DNA of 64,000 bases. Source: a virus (Duplodnaviria; Caudoviricetes). Of the stretch, positions 47,599 through 57,100 are shown one piece after another (positions within the stretch are counted from its first letter, which is position 1; every line of letters starts with the position of its first letter). Location: IMG/VR virus record IMGVR_UViG_3300037418_002332, one strand, 5' to 3'. The position numbers were made by a program, and so were the translations under genes. A model generated the notes under the pieces. The model did not search any database and was not told where the DNA came from. It saw nothing but the letters and a program-made list of their open reading frames with translations.

Positions 47599-47952
47599 AT
47601 GGCAGATTTAGAAGCTTACAAGTCACTGGCCGCATTTTTGAATAAAGATGAAGTGGCCAGTGACGATATGATGAATGTGGTCCAATTGGGCTACAGAAAA
47701 AATGAAATCGTTTTCAATTATAACAATGTCGATTACGATTTGGCCAGTGATTGGGATGATGAAATTCATCGTTATGATGAAGACAAACCTCAATATTGGT
47801 TTTGGCAATTTGACAAAAAGGACGAATACGCAATTTTCGTCGAAGGATATTATGATTCATGGGCTGGCTCAGAATTGTCAGAACACGAATACAAGGTCGG
47901 TAAGGTGATTCCTCATGTTGTCACATACACTGGCTTTGAAGAAATCAATTAA
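47599..47952 (+). CDS. acidic protein, DSW/VxP paralog family
   Basis: YDSWAGS...VIPHVVTYTGFE. Confidence 0.55.
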   Translation: MADLEAYKSLAAFLNKDEVASDDMMNVVQLGYRKNEIVFNYNNVDYDLASDWDDEIHRYDEDKPQYWFWQFDKKDEYAIFVEGYYDSWAGSELSEHEYKVGKVIPHVVTYTGFEEIN

Positions 47953-48215
47953 AGGGGTCCAATGGGAGTAGAATATAGCGAAGGCTACAAACAACGAGCT
48001 CGAGAACGTCTCGAACAACTCGAATCAATGATGACACCAAAAGCTTTGGAATTTTCCAAACTTGTGTCTGAAGCCTTCGATAGAGCCGGTGTCACCACTT
48101 ATTATGGTTTTGACAAAGAAGAGAAGAGAAAATCTAAGGAAAAATAGCTCTTTACTTTGAATCTTGCGCCATATATAAGTGATACGTACTCTCTAACAAT
48201 TAAATGGTGCACAAT

Positions 48216-48824
48216 ATGTCAATAAACTTAAGAACCCTTGTTCTAAACCCAAACTTCATGCCTGTTTCTGTCTTCCCAGATCTTTACACGATCCCGGTTG
48301 AGGAATCAATTGCGCGTTATCTGAACGGCAATGCGGAAGTTGTGTTTTGGCACGATCGTTTTGTTTTGACACCATCGCGCCATGATTTGAGATGGCCATC
48401 AGTCATCATCAATAACAACACGCGTTCCTTCAAGAAAGAAATCAAGCTGAAGCGAAGCACTCTTTATTACAGAGACCACTGTCAGTGTGTTTACTGTAAT
48501 CGAGACATGAGCATCCACGAAATTACTTACGACCACGTTATGCCAAAAATCCGTGGTGGTGAGCACAAGTGGGAAAACGTCTCATTGGCTTGTAAGGAAT
48601 GTAATTCAAAGAAGGGTGACTCATTGCCAGTCGGTAAGTGGGAGCCAAAGCGAAAGCCATACACTCCTACTTTCTTTGACTTGCTTGAAAAGAGAAAGAA
48701 ATTTCCGATCTATGTCGATGATGAAAATTGGAAGCAATTTTTGCCAGGTTTCACCAACTTTGTTCTTCGGACCAACAAATTCAAGGTGGTTGCGAATGAA
48801 AACGAAATGGAAGATGCTGCTTAA
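48216..48824 (+). CDS. HNH endonuclease
   Basis: TLVLN..., RDHCQCVYC, TYDHVMP..RGG...WENVSLACKECNSKKG. Confidence 0.88.
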   Translation: MSINLRTLVLNPNFMPVSVFPDLYTIPVEESIARYLNGNAEVVFWHDRFVLTPSRHDLRWPSVIINNNTRSFKKEIKLKRSTLYYRDHCQCVYCNRDMSIHEITYDHVMPKIRGGEHKWENVSLACKECNSKKGDSLPVGKWEPKRKPYTPTFFDLLEKRKKFPIYVDDENWKQFLPGFTNFVLRTNKFKVVANENEMEDAA

Positions 48825-48959
48825 GAATTCACTTGTAATTCTTTTGCTACTTTCAGGCTTATATGTGGCGTGGACCAGTAATCTAAACTGGCCCACGTCC
48901 AGTTTAATGACTGCTATTTTTGGCATATGGATATTCAATCTCATTGTGGAGATAATTGA

Positions 48960-49406
48960 TTGAAATACATCATTTTGGATTTGGATGGTACAATTGCTTT
49001 GGGCGGTGAACGTCAAATTTTCTATTGGACCGAACCAAGAAATTGGAAAGCAGCAGTTGCAGGCATCATTTATGATGATGTAATTCAACCAACCAAAAAA
49101 CTGATTGAACTTTTTATTGCGGACGGATATTCAATCATTGTTCTAACAGCACGTCCTGCGAATTGTCGAAATAATTGTATTTCTTGGCTTGAACGTGTCG
49201 GCATTCCTTGGGTGGATATGTATCTTCGACATGACGATGATGATCGGGAAGACTATGTTATCAAGGAGGAGTTTCTTAAGGAAATGATTGATAAGTATGG
49301 CATGCCTGAGTTTGCTTTGGAAGACCAGCCGGAAGTGACAAGAATGTTCGCCCGGAATGGAGTTTTCACCTTTGGCATCAACCGACCAATTGGACCACAT
49401 CCTTGA
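48960..49406 (+). CDS. HAD phosphatase, PseT (Pnkp) C-terminal-like
   Basis: ILDLDGT, LTARP, IKEE, LEDQ. Confidence 0.75.
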   Translation: MKYIILDLDGTIALGGERQIFYWTEPRNWKAAVAGIIYDDVIQPTKKLIELFIADGYSIIVLTARPANCRNNCISWLERVGIPWVDMYLRHDDDDREDYVIKEEFLKEMIDKYGMPEFALEDQPEVTRMFARNGVFTFGINRPIGPHP

Positions 49407-49734
49407 ATCAATCTTTGAGTCCTGTTTCAAGTACACTGAACGTAATCCAACAAAACCTATTCAACATTGGCTGAAAAGCAAGGCTCAATGTAAGAAATAC
49501 AAAACACTGGAGCTTTACCTAAAGCAAGATGGTAAATGTTACCATTGCGAAAAACCAATGCTTTACAAGGCAAATATTCATCATCCTTTGAAAACTAGTC
49601 TTGATCGAATCATTCCTGGATCATATGGTGGTGGTTACAAAATTAGCAATCTAGTTCTCTCCTGCATGACATGCAACAAGCAGCGTGGGGATAAAACCAT
49701 TGAAGAATACAATGAGTGGAAATCCGCCCAATAA
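49357..49734 (+). CDS. HNH-fold protein (start uncertain)
   Basis: KQDGKCYHC, SLDRIIP..GGGY..NLVLSCMTCNKQRG; first catalytic His replaced by Arg. Confidence 0.7.
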   Translation: MEFSPLASTDQLDHILESIFESCFKYTERNPTKPIQHWLKSKAQCKKYKTLELYLKQDGKCYHCEKPMLYKANIHHPLKTSLDRIIPGSYGGGYKISNLVLSCMTCNKQRGDKTIEEYNEWKSAQ

Positions 49735-49817
49735 CACGCAAGATAATGCTTTTCTTTCTTCTCCAAATCAGGTATAATGTTTTTGTAAGTAGGAATTAAC
49801 TCTTCTGGAGAAATCCC

Positions 49818-50258
49818 GTGAAGCTCGTCATTGAAACCCAGTATAATGAGAACTATGGTGCTCACAACTGGAACGGTGAAGGTGAATGCCCGCAGTATTG
49901 GAAGAGCAAGGGTGGTTCGACATATGTTGTCGAAAATTTCGTGCCCGACTTTGATGACCTTTCAAATCAGGTTGCAAAGCTGATCGTGCTCGCCAAGATT
50001 GAGCATCGTGACGAAGCTTCTGAGGAATATGTGATCGACTGGACGGTCGAGGATGATTCCTATGAAACTCATAATGAAAAGCGCGATAACGAGCTCGAAG
50101 TTGAAGACGAGTACTATGCGAAGGATGTTCGCTGGTGGGATTACCGTCTGAACCAAGAAACTGGTGATCGCAGCCAGAAGTTCCGTGGGTATGATGGTAA
50201 GATCTACCTGCGCACTTGGCCGGTGAACGGTGAATTCTCAGAAAAGGAAATTGCATAA
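49818..50258 (+). CDS. conserved-looking phage hypothetical protein
   Basis: MKLVIETQYNENYGAH.W.G.G.CPQYWK.KGG. Confidence 0.6.
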   Translation: MKLVIETQYNENYGAHNWNGEGECPQYWKSKGGSTYVVENFVPDFDDLSNQVAKLIVLAKIEHRDEASEEYVIDWTVEDDSYETHNEKRDNELEVEDEYYAKDVRWWDYRLNQETGDRSQKFRGYDGKIYLRTWPVNGEFSEKEIA

Positions 50259-50457
50259 TGGTTGCGGTTTGGGCAATTTTGAGCACTCCGTTTTGGTTGT
50301 TCTTTCTGTTTTGGACGTTCCTCGGGTGCTTTGCCAATGATATCACCATCAAGGGTAAGCAGGTTTATGGTTGGGAACGCATCGCGATGAGATTGATTGC
50401 ATTGATAATCGGTTTCGTCTGCGCTCTGATCGCCCTTTGGATGGATGGTGCCTTTGC

Positions 50458-50670
50458 ATGAAGAAAGCTGATGAACGCAGACAACTCTGGATCGATGAGA
50501 CCCAGATGTTTCAGCGGATCGCCAAAGTTGCGGTGACACCTGCTGATGAACTTGGTGCTGAATGGGACAAGTTCAATAAACGTCAGCGAGATTTCAATGT
50601 TCAACATATCCAGACGCATCAAATTATTCAGGATGCGGCAGTGAAGGTTGGAAAATCGAGGAATTCGTGA
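50458..50670 (+). CDS. hypothetical protein
   Basis: ORF. Confidence 0.45.
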   Translation: MKKADERRQLWIDETQMFQRIAKVAVTPADELGAEWDKFNKRQRDFNVQHIQTHQIIQDAAVKVGKSRNS

Positions 50671-50942
50671 TGGCTAAGTTGACCGACAAAAATGCGATCA
50701 AAGTTGCTTTGTTGGTTGCCATCGACACCGAAGAATCTTTGGTTGATGCTTATCGTTCGCCTCACACCGGAAAAGTTGATGAAACCGAACCTGGTGTTAT
50801 TATTGCTCGTAACAGGATTTTCGCTTTTAAACGTGTTCTGAAGCGTTATTATGGAATTACTGAGTCACCTGATCCGTTGAAAGATGCTAAGGTCATTTCT
50901 CTTTCGGATTTGATGAAGGGCAAGATTGAAGATCAGGATTGA
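50667..50942 (+). CDS. hypothetical protein
   Basis: coupled ORF. Confidence 0.5.
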   Translation: MMAKLTDKNAIKVALLVAIDTEESLVDAYRSPHTGKVDETEPGVIIARNRIFAFKRVLKRYYGITESPDPLKDAKVISLSDLMKGKIEDQD

Positions 50943-51523
50943 GTATGGATTTATTTGAATCAAGTTTGGTCGAATTGACCAAAAGCATCATGTCTGAGAA
51001 TATCACATTTGCTGAGGTTGGTGAGGATGAAAAAATGCCGTGGCATAAACGGCATTATGAGAAAAGAATCTCTAAGGTCATCCTTTATTTGGAACAGGAA
51101 GGCAAGTGTTGCTTTTGTTCCGTTCGAATGTATGCCCATGCTAGTGGTAATCCCAAGCAGGATTCAGCTACCATTGAACATGTTCAATGCAGGCAGCACG
51201 GCGGCAAGGATGATATCAGCAATTACAAACTTTCCTGCTATATGTGCAACAATCTTCGTGGCACAATGGATTATGACGCATTCTTTGAATTGATCCAAAA
51301 ATACGGAAGAAATGGCTATAATTTGATCCAAAAAGCAGTTAAAAAGGATAGGAAGAATCAAGCTAAGGAACGCAAAAAAGCTAACGAGCTTGAGCAGCAA
51401 AGAATTGCTAAACTGCTTGGTGAAGAGAAAGCTAGGAAGAAACAAGAAAATAAGCAGCGCATGATGTTTGAGATGGCATATGGCGCATTGTACAAGTCGG
51501 CAATCTATAGGAAAGCGGCATGA
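50939..51523 (+). CDS. HNH endonuclease
   Basis: EQEGKCCFC, ATIEHV..HGG...SCYMCNNLRG. Confidence 0.8.
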   Translation: MSMDLFESSLVELTKSIMSENITFAEVGEDEKMPWHKRHYEKRISKVILYLEQEGKCCFCSVRMYAHASGNPKQDSATIEHVQCRQHGGKDDISNYKLSCYMCNNLRGTMDYDAFFELIQKYGRNGYNLIQKAVKKDRKNQAKERKKANELEQQRIAKLLGEEKARKKQENKQRMMFEMAYGALYKSAIYRKAA

Positions 51524-52689
51524 TCTACGATTTTGCAAATATCAAGACGATCGATCCAATCCTTGAAGTAATCAAGGACAAGCCAGAGTTCATCGTTGCA
51601 AACCGTGATTGGTACAATATCGTCAATTACATGGTGAACAAGGAAGACACGTTTCCAAATATCACGTCTCAGACCAACAAGAAGGAATTGCCAAAAGCTG
51701 TCCTGCTTCGCGAACTTCGTGGCATTGCGTTTGACGAAAATGGTGAAATCATCCATCGTTCATTGCACAAGTTCTTCAATTTGAATGAACGTCATGAAAC
51801 GATGCAACGTTTGATTGATTTCAAGGAACCACATGTGATGCTCGATAAGCTGGACGGTTCTATGCTTCGTCCATTGTTTAACCGTCAACACAATGGCTTC
51901 CGTATGGCAACCAAGATGGGTGTGACGGATGTTGCTTTCAATGCTGAGGTTTTCGTTTCTGAAAATCCAAAGTATTTCAAGCTGTTTCGTTATTGCTGGG
52001 ATAATGGTTTATCACCAACTTTCGAGTGGTGTTCTGAGCTCAATCGTATCGTCATTCTGTATAAGGACGACAATTTGGTGTTGACTGCTATTCGTGGACT
52101 TCACGACGGTAAGTACATGCCATACCATGAGATGGTTGATCTTGGTGCAAAGTTTGACATTCCAGTGGTCGGTGCTCATGACTCAGTCACAGACATCGAT
52201 GCTTTCTTGGCAAAGTTGAATGATTACACTAATATCGAAGGCTTCATAGTTCGTTTCGACACCGGTCAAATGTTGAAGATCAAGACGGATGAATATTGCT
52301 TGCAACACAAGTCCAAGGATATTGTTTCCTCAAAGAGGCAAATCATTGAACTCGTTTTGGATGAGAAAATCGATGACATCAAGCCGCGCTTGATTCAAGA
52401 AGATCTCGACAAGGTTGCCGGTGTAGAAAAAGAAGTTTTTGATGTAATTCAATCAATGTCCACGAAACTGAATGACGTGCATGCGCGTTATAAGCATATG
52501 GACAAGAAGAACTTCGCTCTGAACATTGCTGACAAGTTGACTCCTTTCGAAAGAAAGGGTTTCTTCTCAATGATGGACGGCAAGCAGCCAATTGAATTGG
52601 TTCGTCAATTCTTGAGGTCAAATGTTGGCAACAACGTAAAGCTTCAAGCCCTGAAGGATCAGTACAAGGTCTTCGTTGACGCGGAATGA
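51520..52689 (+). CDS. rnlA: RNA ligase 1 (T4 RnlA-like)
   Basis: RELRGIAF, KFFNLNE, DKLDGS, TFEW, EGFIV, KIKTDEY. Confidence 0.9.
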   Translation: MIYDFANIKTIDPILEVIKDKPEFIVANRDWYNIVNYMVNKEDTFPNITSQTNKKELPKAVLLRELRGIAFDENGEIIHRSLHKFFNLNERHETMQRLIDFKEPHVMLDKLDGSMLRPLFNRQHNGFRMATKMGVTDVAFNAEVFVSENPKYFKLFRYCWDNGLSPTFEWCSELNRIVILYKDDNLVLTAIRGLHDGKYMPYHEMVDLGAKFDIPVVGAHDSVTDIDAFLAKLNDYTNIEGFIVRFDTGQMLKIKTDEYCLQHKSKDIVSSKRQIIELVLDEKIDDIKPRLIQEDLDKVAGVEKEVFDVIQSMSTKLNDVHARYKHMDKKNFALNIADKLTPFERKGFFSMMDGKQPIELVRQFLRSNVGNNVKLQALKDQYKVFVDAE

Positions 52690-52813
52690 TCCGATTCATC
52701 TTCTTAGCTTTGGTTCTCATGGTTTTCTTCTTCCTTTACATGAAGGAAGTGAGTGACCATGAGGACCGTCTTTTTGAACAATATTGTGTTCAACATATTG
52801 ATCCGGTTTGTGA

Positions 52814-53083
52814 TTGGAGATTACAGTGAAAAAGTACGAATTCAAGCAGGTATTTACCAGGGATTTGGTTCAATACGGTAAACAGGGATGGAATATTTGT
52901 TGTGCCAGTGAATCAATCAATGGTTACACTCATTCTTTTTGGATGAGTCGTGAGATTGAAGAAGAACGCAAGGTCCCTGAATTCAATCTCCCTGAAACTG
53001 CTAATCCGGAGTGGATTGAAAAGAACAAGGAAGCTTTGTCGAAATATTTCAGCCAAACATCAGTGCTTCCGACTGGAGAGTAA
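52814..53083 (+). CDS. hypothetical protein
   Basis: ORF. Confidence 0.45.
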   Translation: MEITVKKYEFKQVFTRDLVQYGKQGWNICCASESINGYTHSFWMSREIEEERKVPEFNLPETANPEWIEKNKEALSKYFSQTSVLPTGE

Positions 53084-53266
53084 TATGAATCGAAATGAAG
53101 TTGTCGCGATCACTATCATTGCTGTTTGTAGTATTTTGACATTTACTATTTTTGGAGTTTTCCAATCAGAGAAACTCACAGCGGAAAAGATGAAAGCTTG
53201 TGTGGAGTCTGGTCAACATTGGGTTGCTGATCCTGATAGATGGGCTGTTGTCATGGAATGCCGCAA

Positions 53267-53454
53267 TGATTAGTCATCATCCAAGAAACACTGTTATTGG
53301 TGGTGAATATGAAGATATGACTTGGCAAAAGGTCAAAGCAGGCAAGGAAGTTAAATTTGGTCCATTTGCCACTTATGAAGAAGCCTATGATTGCTGGAAG
53401 GCAAATATGTGGCTAAATGTGGACAATGCTTTGTTTAGGTTGAAAATCGTATGA
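53267..53454 (+). CDS. hypothetical (DUF4170-like) protein
   Basis: VIGGEY..FGPFATYEEAYDCW; start approximate. Confidence 0.4.
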
Positions 53455-54020
53455 TTGATTATGGGTTGCTGCAGAAATCTATAGATTTCTATGAAAAGGC
53501 TGGATTCAAGAGAATAGAATCGCCTTGGCTTGTGTCTGAAGCCATAAATAAAATCACTGCTCCAGAATTTGTTGAGCAGTATTATGTAACCAAGGGTGAT
53601 AAGACGAAAACGTTTGTAGCATCCGGCGAGCAATCGTTTTTGTATCTGATCAACAAAGGATTTTTGCCTGAAGGTTCGTATCAAACAATAACACCTTGTA
53701 TGCGAAACGATGTTTTCGACTCTTGGCATACAAAATATTTCCTAAAAAATGAGTTGATTATTTTCGGGAAATCAGCTAGCAATAAGTTTGCCGTTGACTC
53801 TATTGTTGATTTGGCTGCAAGCTTTTTCAAAAATCAGATTTCCAAAGATCACAAGGATGAATTGGAAATTGTAAAAACACCCGATGGATTTGATATTGAA
53901 TTCCATGGTGTTGAGCTTGGTTCATATGGTCATCGTGAATGTGATTTTGCTGAGTGGATTTATGCCACCGGCTTGGCTGAACCAAGATTTTCAAAAACAA
54001 TGAAAAGATTTGATAGGTGA
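53451..54020 (+). CDS. minimal class II aminoacyl-tRNA synthetase-like catalytic domain
   Basis: ASGEQSF, motif-2-like TPCMRND, ELGSYG, motif-3-like ATGLAEPRF. Confidence 0.65.
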   Translation: MIDYGLLQKSIDFYEKAGFKRIESPWLVSEAINKITAPEFVEQYYVTKGDKTKTFVASGEQSFLYLINKGFLPEGSYQTITPCMRNDVFDSWHTKYFLKNELIIFGKSASNKFAVDSIVDLAASFFKNQISKDHKDELEIVKTPDGFDIEFHGVELGSYGHRECDFAEWIYATGLAEPRFSKTMKRFDR

Positions 54021-54023
54021 TGA

Positions 54024-54269
54024 ATGGGTTACCATAAGCGTGAAATCAAGAAGGGTGTACTCGGTTATTTTTCCAAGATACGTGAGGAATTTGAAGAGCT
54101 AGAAGATGCTCTTGAACAAGATAATCCAGTGATGGCTTTGGTTGAATTGAGCGATATGGTCGGCGCAATTGAAGCATACACTATGAAATATCATAACATT
54201 GATATTGATCAACTTTTAAATATGACCAGAGCGACACAAAGAGCGTTCAAAGATGGGTCAAGAAAATGA
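54024..54269 (+). CDS. MazG-like all-alpha NTP pyrophosphatase
   Basis: SKIREEFEELEDA...VELSDMVGAI. Confidence 0.55.
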   Translation: MGYHKREIKKGVLGYFSKIREEFEELEDALEQDNPVMALVELSDMVGAIEAYTMKYHNIDIDQLLNMTRATQRAFKDGSRK

Positions 54270-54275
54270 GAATTT

Positions 54276-55172
54276 ATGGCATCCAAATTACGAGACGCAA
54301 TCAAAAGAGGACTGGTTAAAGACTATCCTTCATGGCTACCTGAAAACCTTCATTATGAAGTCATCATGGGTTCAATGGCTTATGGTGTTTCAACAGACTC
54401 ATCCGACATGGATATCTATGGATGGTGCATTCCACCTAAGCAAATGCTGTTTCCGCATTTAGCTGGCGAGATTGAAGGATTTGGAACTCAAAAGCCAAGA
54501 TTCAATCATTTCCAAATGCATCATGTTGTTGATCATCGCAAGAATACGGAATACGACTTTTCAATTTACAATATTGCAAAGTATTTCCAGCTTGCTATGG
54601 ATAACAATCCAAACATGATTGATAGTTTATTTGTTCCACTCAACTGTATCACACATATGTCAAAAGTTGGTCAGATGGTGCGTGAACAAAGAAGAGAATT
54701 CCTTCACAAAGGTTCATTCCACAAAATGAAGGGATATGCCTATGCTCAAATGTCAAAAATTGAGAATGGTGCAAATAGAAGTAACGAGAAACGAAAAGAT
54801 TCAGTCGACAAGTATGGCTATGACGTAAAGTTTGGTTATCATTTGGTACGACTGATGGATGAAGCAGAACAAATTCTGACATATCACGATCTGGACTTGC
54901 AGAAAAACAACGAACAGTTGAAAGCAATCCGTCGTGGTGAAGTTTCGTTCAACGAACTCAAGAAATGGTTTGCTTCAAAGGAAACCCAATTAGAAACGTT
55001 GTATGCAAATTCAACGTTGAGACAGAAGCCTGATGAAGGAAAAATTCGTCAGTTGCTTGTAAACTGTCTAGAAGATCATTATGGATCACTTGCTGATGCA
55101 GTTCGGGTTGAACCCAATTACGCTGCGATGGGCGAGGAACTTCGTAATGTACTGAAAAGGTATGGTGTATGA
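54276..55172 (+). CDS. pol-beta-family nucleotidyltransferase (RlaP-like)
   Basis: GSMAYG.STDSSDMDIYG, NNPNMIDSLF, YDVKFGYHLVRL. Confidence 0.8.
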   Translation: MASKLRDAIKRGLVKDYPSWLPENLHYEVIMGSMAYGVSTDSSDMDIYGWCIPPKQMLFPHLAGEIEGFGTQKPRFNHFQMHHVVDHRKNTEYDFSIYNIAKYFQLAMDNNPNMIDSLFVPLNCITHMSKVGQMVREQRREFLHKGSFHKMKGYAYAQMSKIENGANRSNEKRKDSVDKYGYDVKFGYHLVRLMDEAEQILTYHDLDLQKNNEQLKAIRRGEVSFNELKKWFASKETQLETLYANSTLRQKPDEGKIRQLLVNCLEDHYGSLADAVRVEPNYAAMGEELRNVLKRYGV

Positions 55173-55356
55173 TGAAAGTATTTTGGTGGTTGATGAGCTT
55201 CAAACTTGTCAACTGGTTAGTGCTTCACCTACCCATACCGATTTTTCTTGGTCGTTATGCTGAGCTCACGATGAAAGAAGATAAGTATGACTACATGCTG
55301 CTTCAAGAATATATTAGAATACAAAAATACAAAGCAGATATGCAGAAAGAAGAAGA

Positions 55357-55641
55357 ATGGCAATCGGAACCGCATCCTACTATGCTAGAACATTGAACGG
55401 AAGAAAAACGTCCAGTGGTGAAAGATATAACGAAAATTTATTGACAGCTGCCCATAGAAAGTATGCGTTTGGTACTAAATTAGAAGTGACTAATATAAGA
55501 AATCATAAAAAGGTTGTTGTAAAGGTCAACGATCGCGGACCATTTGTTGGTGGAAGAATCATTGACTTATCAAGAGCAGCCGCGAATAAAATTGGTATGT
55601 TACAAACTGGTACTGCTAAAGTTTCAATTAGGAAGCTTTAG
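55357..55641 (+). CDS. rlpA: RlpA-type double-psi beta-barrel (lytic transglycosylase-like)
   Basis: GTASYY, TSSGE, TAAH, VNDRGPF..RIIDLSRAAA. Confidence 0.88.
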   Translation: MAIGTASYYARTLNGRKTSSGERYNENLLTAAHRKYAFGTKLEVTNIRNHKKVVVKVNDRGPFVGGRIIDLSRAAANKIGMLQTGTAKVSIRKL

Positions 55642-55658
55642 AACCACAGGGTAGAAAA

Positions 55659-55985
55659 ATGTCACAGAAAATCTATGACGAAAACGGGAAGCTAGACGTA
55701 GAAAAGATGCTAGCTAATGGTTGGGAATACAGAGATTTTCCATGGGTTCACGAAAACTTGTTTTGCGAATTGGTGAAGCTTTTAGACGAAGATGATCTGA
55801 TTATCATGGCAAAAACTGAAATTACGGAAAATCAACAAACAGGTTCCTTCAAAAGAATTAGAGGTCAATTTCTTCTTTCTGATGAAGGTTCGCAAAAACT
55901 TAGAGATTGGGTTGATACGAACACAGCCTTAATTACGATGCAAACGAGTGATTTATCTAATGCAAACAACATCATCGCAATCTGA
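55659..55985 (+). CDS. hypothetical protein
   Basis: ORF. Confidence 0.5.
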   Translation: MSQKIYDENGKLDVEKMLANGWEYRDFPWVHENLFCELVKLLDEDDLIIMAKTEITENQQTGSFKRIRGQFLLSDEGSQKLRDWVDTNTALITMQTSDLSNANNIIAI

Positions 55986-56787
55986 CAAGATCATTAAATA
56001 TCTTCCAGGGATAACCAATTACAATTCCGGGAAGATTGGAACTAACAAAGGTGTTATTGTTGACACCGAAGCTACAGACAAAGACCCTAAATCAGCAACG
56101 CTCATAGAGTTGACGATGCTGCCTTTCACGTTCACAGATGAAATGGAAATTTGTGAAATCAAGAAACCAGTCACATTACTCAATGATCCTGGCGGTCCAC
56201 TTTCCGATGAAGTCAAAAAGTTGACAGGTCTGACTGACAAAATGTTGCGCGGTCATTCATTGGATTATGAGCTTATCATCGATACAATGAATGACAATGA
56301 AATCACTTTGGCGCATAATGCCAAATTCGACAGAACGATCCTTGAACGTCATGTTGCAATTCCAGATTACATTTGGGGATGTACCATGTATGACATTGAT
56401 TATGAAGCAAAATTGATAAATTCAAGAGCCCAAGATTACATTGCATTCCGTAATGGATTTTGGTATGAAGGACATCGCTCTGAAGAAGATTGTCGGGCAT
56501 TAGCTCACATTTTGAATTCAAAGTTCAATGGTGTTTCTTATTTCCAAGAACTCATGTTGAAAGTGTATGAATCAACCTTCAAAATTATCTTACGTGATAC
56601 TGAGTTCAATGATAATTCATTGATGAAAAAATTCAAGTTCAAATGGGATGGTGTTGAAAAATACTGGTTCCGCCCTTTCACCACCGAAGCTGAAGGTGAA
56701 CAAATTCGTGAAGAACTTTTTCCGAAATTGACTAAATATTCAGCGACTAAAGTCGTGGAGGATATTAACAAACGATATAAAGGTTGA
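55948..56787 (+). CDS. DEDDh 3'-5' exonuclease (DnaQ-like)
   Basis: VDTEAT, AHNAKFD, HRSEEDC. Confidence 0.88.
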   Translation: MIYLMQTTSSQSDKIIKYLPGITNYNSGKIGTNKGVIVDTEATDKDPKSATLIELTMLPFTFTDEMEICEIKKPVTLLNDPGGPLSDEVKKLTGLTDKMLRGHSLDYELIIDTMNDNEITLAHNAKFDRTILERHVAIPDYIWGCTMYDIDYEAKLINSRAQDYIAFRNGFWYEGHRSEEDCRALAHILNSKFNGVSYFQELMLKVYESTFKIILRDTEFNDNSLMKKFKFKWDGVEKYWFRPFTTEAEGEQIREELFPKLTKYSATKVVEDINKRYKG

Positions 56788-56788
56788 A

Positions 56789-57040
56789 ATGATTTTCTAT
56801 TCATTAGTTGTTGTGTGCATCATTCTATTCATTTGGCAGTATAACACTGCTCTATCATCCAGCAAGGTTATGAGAATGCTTGGTGAACTTTCGGATGAAG
56901 ATTCAGAAAATATGGATGAGTTGAGAAGAATCATGCATTATCATTTAGCACCAATTCCATCATTGTGGTTCGGATTTAAACATTGGTTTGTTCCATATCA
57001 TAGTCCACTTCAATATGAAAGATTGTCTGATTTTCAGTAA
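56789..57040 (+). CDS. small membrane protein
   Basis: N-terminal TM helix. Confidence 0.5.
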   Translation: MIFYSLVVVCIILFIWQYNTALSSSKVMRMLGELSDEDSENMDELRRIMHYHLAPIPSLWFGFKHWFVPYHSPLQYERLSDFQ

Positions 57041-57100
57041 TTTACTATTTACTTTTTGATAGAGATCAATTATATTTGTAGTGTGAGATTGAGGTGTAAA

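Noticed and set aside
54024-54269. Acb2/Vs.4-type anti-CBASS sponge
   Set aside because: Lacks the Acb2 signature; the acidic EExxE/ExxD pattern fits MazG-like folds better
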